Assembly (NCBI GenBank): GCA_041750555.1
Contig: JBGSZB010000036.1
Location: 17,473 to 81,472, forward strand
Length of the DNA stretch: 64,000 nucleotides
Source of the DNA: Candidatus Dojkabacteria bacterium
GTDB lineage: Bacteria; Patescibacteriota; Dojkabacteria; J137
Direction: 5' to 3'
Position numbers and translations under genes: made by a program. This document shows positions 50,432 to 61,208 of the stretch, piece by piece. The notes under the pieces are model-generated. The model was not told the DNA's origin. It did not search any database and saw nothing but the letters and a program-made list of their open reading frames with translations. Each line of letters starts with the position of its first letter. Position 1 is the first letter of the stretch.

Positions 50432-50677
50432 TTATTTGGGAGTTATCATTTTTTGTATTAATCTATTTATTGTATCAGATAAACTGTTTAATTTGTTTAC
50501 ATGATCATCTTGAACACGTTTTAAACTATTAGCGTAATTATTTGCTATATCTTCTAATTGTTTACTATATCCCTCTAAAGTTGATCTATCAGATTGAGGT
50601 TGATTAGGATCAGCTAATAACTGTGTTATTTGTGTTTTTAAATTATTTATTGTTCCAACTATTTCTCCTGGATTCAT
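50432..50677 (-). CDS. Small coiled-coil hypothetical protein
   Basis: 81 aa, ends 1 nt before the hydrolase start. Confidence 0.6.
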   Translation of the reverse strand: MNPGEIVGTINNLKTQITQLLADPNQPQSDRSTLEGYSKQLEDIANNYANSLKRVQDDHVNKLNSLSDTINRLIQKMITPK

Positions 50678-50786
50678 AAAACTATTTAACTATATACATT
50701 TTACCATCAAATAGTATCCTGTAGTATTTTTATGGTTGCAGAAGATATATATGTGGTAATAAACTATCTTTGTTTAAAAGAATATA

Positions 50787-51791
50787 ATGGCACAGTCAGA
50801 TATCAATCTGTCAGAAGTTTTAGAAAGATCTGGAGCTAATACTGTAACTCTTCCTGTAATGCATCATATTGGCTCCATAGAATATGCTATATCTAGTGTA
50901 CTTAGGCAAACTATTAATTTAAATGAGGGTGAGCAAATAGATGTTGATCCTGTGGCTATTATAGGTACTATGAGGGCAGGTAAGACATTTTGTGCAATAT
51001 CTATTGCAAATAAAATTTCTGAATCTGGTCTTAAAACTTATTTTTATAGTCTTACTGATAATAGAGGTAGGCATTTTAATAGAAATGGTCTTGGGCTTAA
51101 CCCTAATGTTATTAATGGGCAAGTTGAAAAAGACTCTAATGCAATCACAGGTTTTATTGAAAGAATTAATTGTGGAGAAATTGAGAGTGGTTCTGTATTG
51201 TTCCTTTCAGAAAAACAGTTTGCTAATGATTTCGGTGATAAAGCTGAAGAACTTATCTCTGTTGCAAGAAGTAAGGGGGTAAAGATAGTTTTTGACTGTC
51301 TGTATAGATTTTTTAGAGGTGATCTTGTTCCTTCAACTCAAAGGTTATTAGCAAATATTTGTACAAATTCAGTTTACTCCATGGTTTCTATTGATTGTTT
51401 TGATCAAACAAGAGAGGCTGAAGTTCCTGCTAGATTCTTAAGGTTCTATGAAGATGGATCAAGTATTAATGGTGATATAGATAATTCAACTTTCTACAAG
51501 GGTTTAAGTAGGGAAGATATATTATCAATGATATATCAGATTAAGAATAACCAATCCCTTAAGGGTAAACTTTGTAGAACTGACGAGATGGGCAGAATAT
51601 ACTATCTACTGCCAGCCCATTGTTCAGATAAAGACGTTGTCCTTGGTGGTGATGAAATATATTTACCTACATCTATTGATACACTTCAAGGTATTGTGTC
51701 CGTAGTAACGGAAGAATTGCCTGATATTAGAGAGAAAATGCAGTATTCAGTTGAGGTGACTAAGAATAATTACTATATGGTTGAGGCTTAG
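50787..51791 (+). CDS. Highly divergent thymidine kinase (TK1-type)-like protein
   Basis: GTMRAGKT, SEKQF (cf. DEAQF), FFRGDL, VVLGGDEIYLP. Confidence 0.7.
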   Translation: MAQSDINLSEVLERSGANTVTLPVMHHIGSIEYAISSVLRQTINLNEGEQIDVDPVAIIGTMRAGKTFCAISIANKISESGLKTYFYSLTDNRGRHFNRNGLGLNPNVINGQVEKDSNAITGFIERINCGEIESGSVLFLSEKQFANDFGDKAEELISVARSKGVKIVFDCLYRFFRGDLVPSTQRLLANICTNSVYSMVSIDCFDQTREAEVPARFLRFYEDGSSINGDIDNSTFYKGLSREDILSMIYQIKNNQSLKGKLCRTDEMGRIYYLLPAHCSDKDVVLGGDEIYLPTSIDTLQGIVSVVTEELPDIREKMQYSVEVTKNNYYMVEA

Positions 51792-52054
51792 TTATCTTTT
51801 AAAGCACTTCTTAGATTTTTATATATTTCTTCTTTACTATCTGTTGTCATATCTGGTCTTACCCTAGCCATTACGTTATCAAGCGGATAGCATAAGGATA
51901 CTTCATGATTTGACTCATTTATAAAAAAGTCACGAATTAATGTTAATATTCCCGGACTTGTAATATGTATACTGTAACGATTTAAAACTCTAATAATACT
52001 AAGTATTTGCTGGGTTTCTATCTCGTTATTTTTTCCACCTATAACATTTTGCAT
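51788..52054 (-). CDS. Small hypothetical protein
   Basis: 88 aa ORF, convergent stop overlap with the TK-like gene. Confidence 0.5.
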   Translation of the reverse strand: MQNVIGGKNNEIETQQILSIIRVLNRYSIHITSPGILTLIRDFFINESNHEVSLCYPLDNVMARVRPDMTTDSKEEIYKNLRSALKDN

Positions 52055-52123
52055 TTATATCTTTTTAACATTTTATCGTTGAATTATACTACATCTATAT
52101 ATAAATATATGTATAATACTTTC

Positions 52124-52585
52124 ATGATATCAGCAGGAATCTTAATGTATAGAATAGTTAATGGCTTAGAAGTATTTTTAGTACATCCTGGAGATCCATA
52201 TAGATGTAAAACTGAGTATGGTGTATGGAGTATACCTAAAGGATTAAGAGAAGATGGAGAAGAATTAATAGATACAGCAATTAGAGAGTTTAATGAAGAA
52301 ACAGGCTTCAATATATTAATTAATAGAGATAAATTAATAGATTTAGGAATTGTTAAAACTAGCTACAAAGATATACAAATATATGGATATAATCTAGATT
52401 TAGGAAATAATTTAAAAGTTAAAAGTAATACATTTAAAATGGAGTGGCCACCTAAATCAAATAAACAAATGGAATTTTTAGAAGCAGATAGAGGAGAGTA
52501 TTTTAATATTAATGAAGCATATATGAGATTGAATAAGAATCAATTAGAGTTTTTAAATAGATTAAAGAGTTATTTAAAAATATAG
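52124..52585 (+). CDS. NUDIX hydrolase
   Basis: ISAGILMY, VHPG, WSIPKG, AIREFNEETG, MEWPPKS; TATAAT at 52112-52117 supports a leaderless start at 52124. Confidence 0.9.
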   Translation: MISAGILMYRIVNGLEVFLVHPGDPYRCKTEYGVWSIPKGLREDGEELIDTAIREFNEETGFNILINRDKLIDLGIVKTSYKDIQIYGYNLDLGNNLKVKSNTFKMEWPPKSNKQMEFLEADRGEYFNINEAYMRLNKNQLEFLNRLKSYLKI

Positions 52586-52594
52586 TTAGATAAA

Positions 52595-52620
52595 AAAAGA
52601 CCCCATTTCTGGGGTCTTTT
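52595..52620. terminator. Bidirectional intrinsic terminator
   Basis: AAAAGACCCCA-tttc-TGGGGTCTTTT between convergent genes. Confidence 0.9.
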
Positions 52621-52638
52621 AATTTACATTAAATTTAG

Positions 52639-55600
52639 TTAAACATTTACAGGTCTATTTCTAGTGTAAACATAGTAACCACCTCCTATAAAGACAATTA
52701 CTAAGATAATTAATAATATTAACCATAAATTAAATCCAGTACTAGAAGTTGAATAAATTCCAAAGTTAACATTAGATGTATTTGAATTAACATCAAAATC
52801 AAAATTATCTTCACCACCTAAGAAGAATCCTTCAGGAATATCTTCTGTATCTACTTTAACAATATAGTTACCTGGACATAATTCTGTTTCCCAGTAACCA
52901 ATTGAGTTTGTAGTTAGACTAGCTATTACAACTTCGTTATTATCTTCATCTAATACTCTAATAGTTAAATCTACATTATTTACACCTTCTTCGTTATTAT
53001 CTTTTGCATTGTTTCCACTGTTATCCTTAAATACAAATCCTGATACTCTAAATTGAGTTTCACAAACTTGATCAATTAAACCTTCAATATCTCCATTATT
53101 TTCTTCATTTTCATTATCATTATCATCTGTATTCTCACCTTGAACTTGAGGAGCTCCAATACCTGCTACATTAATAGTAACGCTAGCATTTGCAACATCT
53201 CCATCAACATCACTAACATTAACACTACATATATAGTTACCTGATGTTAAGTTAAGTACATTACTTAAAACTGCAGTATCATTTGTTGAAGATATTACTC
53301 CTGAACAAATTCCACCAAAAGTATATGTGTAAGCTGGATTACCAACACTACCTAATATTGCATTAACATTAAAGTTAATGTTTGGAGCTACAAATATTGT
53401 TCCTGCATTATTTATTGCTGGTAAATTACCACTTAAGAATATTGTTGGAGTTAAATCTGTTGGTTCAACGATTTCTTCTTCACTCTCACTTACAATTACA
53501 GTTATATCATCTGTTGCACTATCACCATCTTGATCCATAACCTCAACTGAACATGTATATGTTCCAGGAACTGATGGAGTATTTATTGTTAATGAATTAC
53601 CACTACATCCTGCAAAGTTACCATCAAACCAACTAACAATAGTTGTAGGTTCGTTTCCGCCAGTAATATTTGCACTTAATGTAATTGCTTCTTCAATAGT
53701 ATTTTCTGATGGAGAAGCTACAATCTCTACAGTTGGAGCTAAATCTTCAACCATGTTTATGCAGTATACATCAACACTTTCTCCACCTGGAGTATAGAAT
53801 GAACTCTCTATTACTTCACTTGGAACAATCTCTCTATCCTCATAATATGCGTAACAACCTAAGTTTAAAAATCCTTCTTGTTCAGTTTCTGTAATTTCAT
53901 AAGTTCCTGGGAATACATGAAATGTATGTATTAATGAATCTTCTCCATTATCACTTATTAGTCCATTATCACTATTTAAAACCATAAATCCTGAAATACC
54001 TACTTCAAATTCTGTGCTACTTGTTATATCTTCAAAGTTTGAAGTTATTAACTCTTTATGTACATTAATTTGACTTAATTCATAAGTGTAATCAATACTT
54101 CCAAGTTCTGTTGGATAATCATTTAAAAATGAAATATCATCATTTGAATTACAAACTCCATGTAAGAATGGAGAAGTATTACAGTCATGAACTAATTTCT
54201 TTTCAACTTGATTATTAAAGAATGGACCAACACCTGCTGACCAAAGTAGTGTTGATTTAGCATCAATATTAAATTCAGGTACATTGTAGATAAAGTCTAA
54301 TAGATTTGATGTAAATGTATTTCTCCAGAACATTTTGTTTTCAAATCCTTCATATTGATTTAATTCATTTTTAAATGCAGTATTTCCAGCTCCTCCGTAA
54401 TATACAGCAGAGTGTAATGCTCCATTAAATGTATTGCTTGATACATAAATATCTTCAATTCCATCAGTTGGAGTTACTCCATTTAATGAAGTATCATATC
54501 CACCAACCATTAAAAAGAAGTTAGATACGCCATTTGAATTAAAAGTATTTTGATCAATATATACATTATCTATAACAGCTCCATTAGTCCAACCTTCCCA
54601 AATTTGAATTGCAGTATTAAAGTTTCTTTCAAAAAGATTAGATCTAATTTCTGCTTTAGATAATACCTCAGCATATATTGCTCTAGACTTTAAATTTCTA
54701 AATTCGTTATTCTCAATTAATACATTATTCAAAACAGGATTACCAAATCCAGCTAAAAATGTTTCTTCACCTGCAACATATATACCATAACTATTAGCTC
54801 TATCCATTCCATTTACAATATTGTTTGTAAAGTTAAAACCTTGAACTTTAGCAGTTGATGCAACTTTAATTGCAACATTATTGTTAATAAACTCAGAGTT
54901 ATTAACATCAATATTTGTGCTATATAGTGTATTATCTAAACTTAGTGCATAGTTACTAAAGTTTGAAAATCTAACGCCAGTTATTGTTAAATCATAAACT
55001 ACTCCTCTAATATCAAATCCTCTGTTAGCTGGAGTAGCACCTTCTCTTAAAGCAAAATCTTCAAAGGTATATTTGTTACCACCTTTAACTAAAATTGTTC
55101 CTTCTATAATAGTATTATTAAATCCGCTACCTAATATAGTTAATCCCTCAAGTTCTGGATCGTTTTCTATTACGATGTTTTCGTTATAAATTCCTGTATC
55201 AATGGTTATTGTATGAGGAGTATTAATATCAGTTGCTGCAAAATCAATAGCTTCCTGTATTGTTGCAAAACATACTCCTATTGCATAAACACCACCTGGA
55301 CAACTAATTGCAGGAGTAGGTGTTACAAAAAATATTGTAAAGTGATCTGAAATAAATCTAACTACATTATCTAATTTCTCTACTTCGTTAATAGTAAAAG
55401 ATGATTCATTTACATCCTCCATATATTTAACTTTAGCATCATCTCCAAATTGATTAGGTAATGTCATTTCGTAGTTAAAAGTTCCATCTGTTAAATTTGA
55501 TTTGAATTCATAACCTAAAACTATGTTTCCATTAACTTCTACCTCTTTTTCTTCAATAGTTAAATATGAATTTTCTATGTTTGATGTGATTGTTAAAAAG

Positions 55601-55947
55601 TTAATTGTTACATCATTATTTAATGGGTAAACATATAAAGTGTCAGTTTTTATATTATTTATTGTATATAGCCCCTCACTCAAAGTATAAGTTGTTTCAT
55701 TAACAACAATTTCGCTAGTTTCTTTTTCTTCAGTTAAGTTAATAACTTCATCTAGTGTTACATCTGTAACGTCATTTATTTCTTCTTCACTTACGACATC
55801 TTCATTAACTACTTCACTAGTTTGAGTTGGATAAGATAATGGAGCTTCTTGTGCTTGTAGAGCAAAAGGAACTAAGAATGGGTTTAGTACAACTAAACCA
55901 GTTATGATTAGATTTAATAATCTTAATCTTTTAGTATTTTTATTCAT
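52639..55947 (-). CDS. Large surface protein: pectin-lyase-like beta-helix, Ig/PKD-like domains, SdrD-B domain, C-terminal TM
   Basis: Signal peptide; FATIQEAID; Asn-rich beta-helix; SGFVFKDNSGN..EEG..TTNSIGYW; TM. Confidence 0.85.
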   Translation of the reverse strand: MNKNTKRLRLLNLIITGLVVLNPFLVPFALQAQEAPLSYPTQTSEVVNEDVVSEEEINDVTDVTLDEVINLTEEKETSEIVVNETTYTLSEGLYTINNIKTDTLYVYPLNNDVTINFLTITSNIENSYLTIEEKEVEVNGNIVLGYEFKSNLTDGTFNYEMTLPNQFGDDAKVKYMEDVNESSFTINEVEKLDNVVRFISDHFTIFFVTPTPAISCPGGVYAIGVCFATIQEAIDFAATDINTPHTITIDTGIYNENIVIENDPELEGLTILGSGFNNTIIEGTILVKGGNKYTFEDFALREGATPANRGFDIRGVVYDLTITGVRFSNFSNYALSLDNTLYSTNIDVNNSEFINNNVAIKVASTAKVQGFNFTNNIVNGMDRANSYGIYVAGEETFLAGFGNPVLNNVLIENNEFRNLKSRAIYAEVLSKAEIRSNLFERNFNTAIQIWEGWTNGAVIDNVYIDQNTFNSNGVSNFFLMVGGYDTSLNGVTPTDGIEDIYVSSNTFNGALHSAVYYGGAGNTAFKNELNQYEGFENKMFWRNTFTSNLLDFIYNVPEFNIDAKSTLLWSAGVGPFFNNQVEKKLVHDCNTSPFLHGVCNSNDDISFLNDYPTELGSIDYTYELSQINVHKELITSNFEDITSSTEFEVGISGFMVLNSDNGLISDNGEDSLIHTFHVFPGTYEITETEQEGFLNLGCYAYYEDREIVPSEVIESSFYTPGGESVDVYCINMVEDLAPTVEIVASPSENTIEEAITLSANITGGNEPTTIVSWFDGNFAGCSGNSLTINTPSVPGTYTCSVEVMDQDGDSATDDITVIVSESEEEIVEPTDLTPTIFLSGNLPAINNAGTIFVAPNINFNVNAILGSVGNPAYTYTFGGICSGVISSTNDTAVLSNVLNLTSGNYICSVNVSDVDGDVANASVTINVAGIGAPQVQGENTDDNDNENEENNGDIEGLIDQVCETQFRVSGFVFKDNSGNNAKDNNEEGVNNVDLTIRVLDEDNNEVVIASLTTNSIGYWETELCPGNYIVKVDTEDIPEGFFLGGEDNFDFDVNSNTSNVNFGIYSTSSTGFNLWLILLIILVIVFIGGGYYVYTRNRPVNV

Positions 55948-56054
55948 AAATATGTAATAAATGCTATATAAATCATGTTAATTTTAGCTTTTTTACTCAA
56001 TATATACAATATATCATTGATATATTTCTAATCTTGGTATTTATTCACTATAAG

Positions 56055-57320
56055 CTATTTAACTTTAATTATTTCATTAATATTTGTAGTGTATTCTGGA
56101 GAAATATGTTCTTTTTTCATTTTCCAAAATTGCTTAACTCCACAGGATGAACATTTAATAATCTCTCTACCATATCTATTATTTAAATAATCAAAAGCCT
56201 TCATTAGACCATCATTATTATCCATGTTTGTAATATCGTTATTAAAATATAGTTGTCTATTAGTAGATGGAGTAATACCAAGTAACATCACAGTAGCCTT
56301 TTTATATAGGTATCCACTTTTATAAATCTTTTTTAATGCATATATTCCACATCTTATTAAATCAGGGTTAAAGCTTGAAGGTTGTTTAAGAGAGTTTATA
56401 TAGTAATTAAAGTATTGAGGTATATCATCTCTAAATTTATTTGTTTTAATTGAAACATAAACATAGCTAGCTAGGGATTTTTGAGCTCTTAATTTCTCTG
56501 ATGCTCTTGAGATATAGGAGGAAACTGCTTCTTCTAATTCTTTATAGCTAGTTACAGCTCTCCCAAATGATCTAGAAGAGAGTATCTGTTTTCTATAAAT
56601 TACTTCATCTGATCCGATTTTACATTTTAATTCTTTTAATTCATCAGCTATTCTAACCTCAGTTATACTAAAATTCTTTTTTAACCAAGTTCTATTACTA
56701 TCTCTTAATTGTAATGCGTTATATATTCCATAACTATTTAATTTAAGTGTTGTTTTATACCCTATACCCCATACTTCTGAAATATTTAAATCTTTTAAAA
56801 ATATATCGCAATCTTTCACTTCTTCCCATAAAAATACACCACTATTTTTTTTAGCCACATGGTTACATATTTTAGAAAGTGTTTTATTTGGAGCAACTCC
56901 AATTGATACAGGAATACCACTTCCTCTAATTACCTTATCTCTAATATTAGCTATATATTCTTTTTTAAAATCTAAGTCTTTATTACTAAACCACTTAGGG
57001 AATTTTATAAAGGCTTCATCTATTGAATATATTTCAATATCTCTAACCTCAGCTTTTAAAATATCCATAACTCTTCTACTCATATCTCCGTAAAGAATAA
57101 AGTTAGCTGAAAATACTTTTACACCTTTTGTTTCTACTATATCTCTACATTTATGAATGGGTTCTCCCATAGGGATTTTTAATTCTTTAGCCTCCCTAGA
57201 TCTTGCTACTATGCACCCATCGTTATTTGATAGTACAACTATAGGTACATTTTTTAATTTAGGATTAAAAGCTCTTTCACAAGAGGCATAAAAGTTGTTA
57301 CAGTCTAATAGACCTATCAT
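56055..57320 (-). CDS. umuC: Y-family DNA polymerase V subunit
   Basis: DCNNFYASCE, VLSNNDGC, YSIDEAF, SRSFG, SPEYTT. Confidence 0.95.
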   Translation of the reverse strand: MIGLLDCNNFYASCERAFNPKLKNVPIVVLSNNDGCIVARSREAKELKIPMGEPIHKCRDIVETKGVKVFSANFILYGDMSRRVMDILKAEVRDIEIYSIDEAFIKFPKWFSNKDLDFKKEYIANIRDKVIRGSGIPVSIGVAPNKTLSKICNHVAKKNSGVFLWEEVKDCDIFLKDLNISEVWGIGYKTTLKLNSYGIYNALQLRDSNRTWLKKNFSITEVRIADELKELKCKIGSDEVIYRKQILSSRSFGRAVTSYKELEEAVSSYISRASEKLRAQKSLASYVYVSIKTNKFRDDIPQYFNYYINSLKQPSSFNPDLIRCGIYALKKIYKSGYLYKKATVMLLGITPSTNRQLYFNNDITNMDNNDGLMKAFDYLNNRYGREIIKCSSCGVKQFWKMKKEHISPEYTTNINEIIKVK

Positions 57321-57334
57321 AATTAGAATTTATC

Positions 57335-57347
57335 ATAGGTGTACCTA
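57335..57347. promoter_or_regulatory. Candidate SOS-like operator upstream of umuC (minus strand TAGGTACACCTAT)
   Basis: Quasi-palindrome TAGGT-GT-ACCTA; similar site upstream of umuD. Confidence 0.45.
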
Positions 57348-57348
57348 A

Positions 57349-58542
57349 CTATTTAAGATATTTTCTATCCTTCAATTCATCTGGAAAGTGTTGTTGATCT
57401 AATTTCTTATCTTTGTATTCAGGTGCATATTTATATCCTTTACCATAACCTAAATCTTTCATAAGTTTAGTAGGGGCATTTCTAATAACCATTGGGACTG
57501 GTAGAGATCCATATTTATATACATCTTCTTGTGCTTTACTTAGGGCAATATATGAGGCATTACTTTTAGGTGCTTTGCCAAGATATTCACATAGTTGAAT
57601 TAAAAAAATATCACACTCAGGTCTACCAAGTTTCTGACATGCTTCAAAGACAGTATTAGCTAAAATTAAGGCTTGGGGATCACTATTCCCTATATCTTCA
57701 CTAGCAAATCGCAACAATCTTCTTGCAATGTATAATGGATCTTCTCCACCAACTAACATTCTTGTAACCCAATAAATTGCTGCATTTGGATCTGAATCTC
57801 TTAATGATTTATGTATAGCTGAGATAATATTAAAATGATCTTCACCCCGACTTTCATATTGTAAAAAGTTCTCCACTGAATTTTTAATTGTTTCTTTTGT
57901 AATCTTTTTAGAGCTTCCAGATAATGTAATTAAACTCTCTAAAATATTAGAAGCATTTCTTAAATCTCCATCAGATAGTTTGGCTATTAACTCCTTAGAT
58001 TCTTTATCAACTTTAATAACTTCATTATCAAGCTTTAATCTTTCTAGAATAAATTCAATAAACTTTAAAACATCATTTTCATTATGTTTTTTAAATGTAA
58101 AAACTCTAGTTCTTGAAAGTAGAGCAGGTATTAAACTAAATGATGGATTCTCTGTAGTTGCACCAATTAATGTTATTACTCCTTTTTCTACATATGGAAG
58201 TAGAGCATCTTGTTGGGATTTGTTCCATCTATGAATTTCATCTAAAAAAAGTATTGAACTTCTATTCTCTTTATATGTTTTTAATGCTTTAGTAATAATC
58301 TTTTTTAAATTATCTTTACCACTCATTACAGCTGATAATTTATAGAAATCGTAGTTAAGTGTTTTAGATAAAATATATGCTAAGGTAGTTTTCCCAGTTC
58401 CAGGTGGACCCCAAAATATCATTGAAGGTATCTTATTATTTTTTACAAATTCTCTAATTGCCCTACCACTTCCTACTAAATGTTCTTGTCCTATAAACTC
58501 ATCAAGGGTAGATGCTCTATATTTTGATGCTAGTGGTTCCAT
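57349..58542 (-). CDS. rarA: Replication-associated recombination protein A (MgsA)
   Basis: [33 protein letters not shown]. Confidence 0.96.
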   Translation of the reverse strand: MEPLASKYRASTLDEFIGQEHLVGSGRAIREFVKNNKIPSMIFWGPPGTGKTTLAYILSKTLNYDFYKLSAVMSGKDNLKKIITKALKTYKENRSSILFLDEIHRWNKSQQDALLPYVEKGVITLIGATTENPSFSLIPALLSRTRVFTFKKHNENDVLKFIEFILERLKLDNEVIKVDKESKELIAKLSDGDLRNASNILESLITLSGSSKKITKETIKNSVENFLQYESRGEDHFNIISAIHKSLRDSDPNAAIYWVTRMLVGGEDPLYIARRLLRFASEDIGNSDPQALILANTVFEACQKLGRPECDIFLIQLCEYLGKAPKSNASYIALSKAQEDVYKYGSLPVPMVIRNAPTKLMKDLGYGKGYKYAPEYKDKKLDQQHFPDELKDRKYLK

Positions 58543-58794
58543 GTTATTTAAATGTTATATATTAATTATTTAGTATTTTAATTAAAAACAAAGACAGATA
58601 GGCGTTTTAATAATAATTTAGCTAACTTTTAAAAATAGCTTATGTACAAAATAGTTATTCAATTTAAAATATATTTAAACTCTTTAAAGTAGCTTAGTTT
58701 TTTTAATTTAACTTATTATATATAGTGTATACCTAAATATATAAAGAACATAATAAATATTATAAGCTTTGACAGAATTTAATCATCTAATTTA

Positions 58795-59535
58795 ATGTAT
58801 TTAGTTAAAGTAAATAAAATGGTTCAAAATTCTGTTGAAACAATTATACATAGGAAAATTCTAATACAATACCTTTTAAAACAATCCCCATTATTTTTAA
58901 CAAGATCTCAATGTGTTAATTTCATATTAGAAGCAATTAGTGAATTAGATTTAGATATCCCAACTAATAGAATTAATGAAGATAATATTATCTTATGGAT
59001 AAGAGTACTTAAAGCTAATTTCTTCACTAATTGTAGTAAATTAAGCACTGAATATAGGTTTAATATATCTACAAATTCAGTTTCTATTCATCCACTACCT
59101 TTCATTATTGATAAGAGTACTTTTACAGGGTTTGAGAATCCTGAGATAGAATCTGATATTTACAACTTATTACTATTACTATTGTATAACCAATCAGATC
59201 TTTTAATTGGAATGCTAAGAAGTTACTTTAATAAAATAAAATATATTTCTCAAGGGTCTGATGATTTAATATTATGTTTTTATAGAATAACAGAGCCAAC
59301 TGCAATTAGTAGGCACTCTAGAATATTAAGAGTGCATCCAGTTTATGAAGGTGAATCTATTATGTATTTTAGACAAAGAGTTCACGAGTTTAATAGACAA
59401 CTATATAATCTATGTTTAAAGTATGAAGCTAACTTTCTATTTTCATTAGCCTTACCTGAAAAAGCTAAAGGAAGAGCTTTAACTTTATCTATATTTAATT
59501 CACATCAAGAGTTATTAGATTATTTAGAATCTTGA
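58795..59535 (+). CDS. Hypothetical orphan
   Basis: 246 aa ORF; start could be 58819. Confidence 0.6.
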   Translation: MYLVKVNKMVQNSVETIIHRKILIQYLLKQSPLFLTRSQCVNFILEAISELDLDIPTNRINEDNIILWIRVLKANFFTNCSKLSTEYRFNISTNSVSIHPLPFIIDKSTFTGFENPEIESDIYNLLLLLLYNQSDLLIGMLRSYFNKIKYISQGSDDLILCFYRITEPTAISRHSRILRVHPVYEGESIMYFRQRVHEFNRQLYNLCLKYEANFLFSLALPEKAKGRALTLSIFNSHQELLDYLES

Positions 59536-59541
59536 CTATTA

Positions 59542-59554
59542 AGGTTACACCTAT
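59542..59554 (+). promoter_or_regulatory. Candidate SOS-like operator AGGTTACACCTAT upstream of umuD
   Basis: Lies between TTGACT (59532-59537) and TAGTAT (59554-59559). Confidence 0.45.
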
Positions 59555-59584
59555 AGTATTATTTAAATATATAACTTTAATAAT

Positions 59585-59968
59585 ATGTATTTACCAATTT
59601 TTCTAAGTAGCATTAAAGCAGGTTTTCCATCTCCTGCTGATGACTACATTGATAAATCAATAGATTTAAATGAAGAATTAATATCTCATCCCTCTAGTAC
59701 ATATTTAGCTCGAGTTAGTGGAGATTCAATGAGAGATATTGGAATATTTCCCAATGATATATTAATAGTAGATAAGTCATTAACTCCTAAAATCCGTGAT
59801 ATTGTTGTAGCTAGTATAGATGGAGAATTCTTAGTTAAGAGATATATAAAGAGGGGGAATCAGATAATATTAAGATCTGAAAATTCTAATTACAAAGATA
59901 TATTAATTTCAACTGAAGAATTTGATTTATGTGGAGTAGTAATATATTCAATTAGAAAACACAGTTAA
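59585..59968 (+). CDS. umuD: DNA polymerase V autoproteolytic subunit (S24)
   Basis: AGFPSPADD, VSGDSM, VKR. Confidence 0.95.
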   Translation: MYLPIFLSSIKAGFPSPADDYIDKSIDLNEELISHPSSTYLARVSGDSMRDIGIFPNDILIVDKSLTPKIRDIVVASIDGEFLVKRYIKRGNQIILRSENSNYKDILISTEEFDLCGVVIYSIRKHS

Positions 59969-59987
59969 TACTTTAAGGATATTACCC

Positions 59988-61177
59988 TTATTGTCTAAAG
60001 ATAACTTCTTCTCTAGAGAACATCTTTACAGAGATATATAGCGCTATTAAAAACATTGAGATTGTGGCAATAAACGAAGCTAAGTAATTAAGAATAATAA
60101 AGTCACCTAGTAACACTTGTTTAATTAGTGCTACTTGACCAACTAGTGGTATAAAAAATAATGCAAGTGGAGTATTAATATCAAATGCTTGACCACTTAA
60201 TCCAATAAATACTGAAGCTAAAAGTAGAGGTAGAATATATAATCCTCCTTCCTTTTGATTTCTAGAATATATACCAAGTAGAACAAGTAGGGATGAAACT
60301 AAGAATGATAGTGGTAATAATATTAAAATATTTGAAATAACTTATCAAAGCCAATAATAATATTACCAATTTCTCCACCTTGTTGACCCATTAGGGATTG
60401 TGGCATTAAGGTAAAAGTTAGCGTAAGAGATGCAATATTTAAAACTAGAGAGAATAGGGATAAAACTAAAATAGCAGATATCTTAGAAATACCAATAGTT
60501 ACTCTGGAAGCATTAATACTTAATGTAGTAGCTAATGTATTTTTTTCTTTTTCTCCTGCTGTTAATTCAATAGCAAATTGAGCAGCTCCTTGAATTAATG
60601 CAATTAATATTACATATGGTAAAAAGAATAGAATAAAAGAACTTTGTGCAGGTTTATTCTCTACTTCTTGTAAAGTAATAGTTGAAAATACAATTGGATT
60701 TAAACCTGCTTCAGTTATTCCTAAGTTACTTAATATATTAGCTCTTTTAATAATATTATATTCTTCAATTAATGGTTGTACTTTAATTAAACTTCCAGTT
60801 GAAGAATTAGAACTTTGATCATAAATATATTTAATACTTAAGTTAGCCTCTAAACTATTAATTTCTAAATAACCTTTAATGTTCTGATCTTTTAAATCAA
60901 TATTTGGTGTATCACTTTCTAATATTCTTAAAGTATCCTTATTCTCTAAAAATGATATTAACTCTTGAGACTCTACAGAATTAACATTATCTACAATACT
61001 TAAAACTAATTCTTCATTTTTAATCTGATCAGTTTGAAACTTTTCTAATAAACTTATACCTGTAATTAATAATGGAGTTAATACAACTGACATTACTATA
61101 AAAGATAAAAATGATTTTTTATCTCTTACAATGTTTAGTAACTCTTTTTTAAATAATTTTATAAATTTATTATTCAT
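59988..61177 (-). pseudogene. NatB-like ABC-2 permease with a single-base frameshift at ~60325-60328
   Basis: ORF stops at 60323 (AGEKEKNTL motif present); another frame continues LLPLSF..RNQKEG..FSREEVIFRQ to a stop at 59988. Confidence 0.85.
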
Positions 61178-61208
61178 TATTACTTATTTCATTAAATACA
61201 ATTTCTAA

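Noticed and set aside
52007-52123. Long N-terminal extension of the NUDIX ORF from TTG 52007
   Set aside because: Overlaps the divergent ORF and promoter; the family N-terminus begins at ATG 52124
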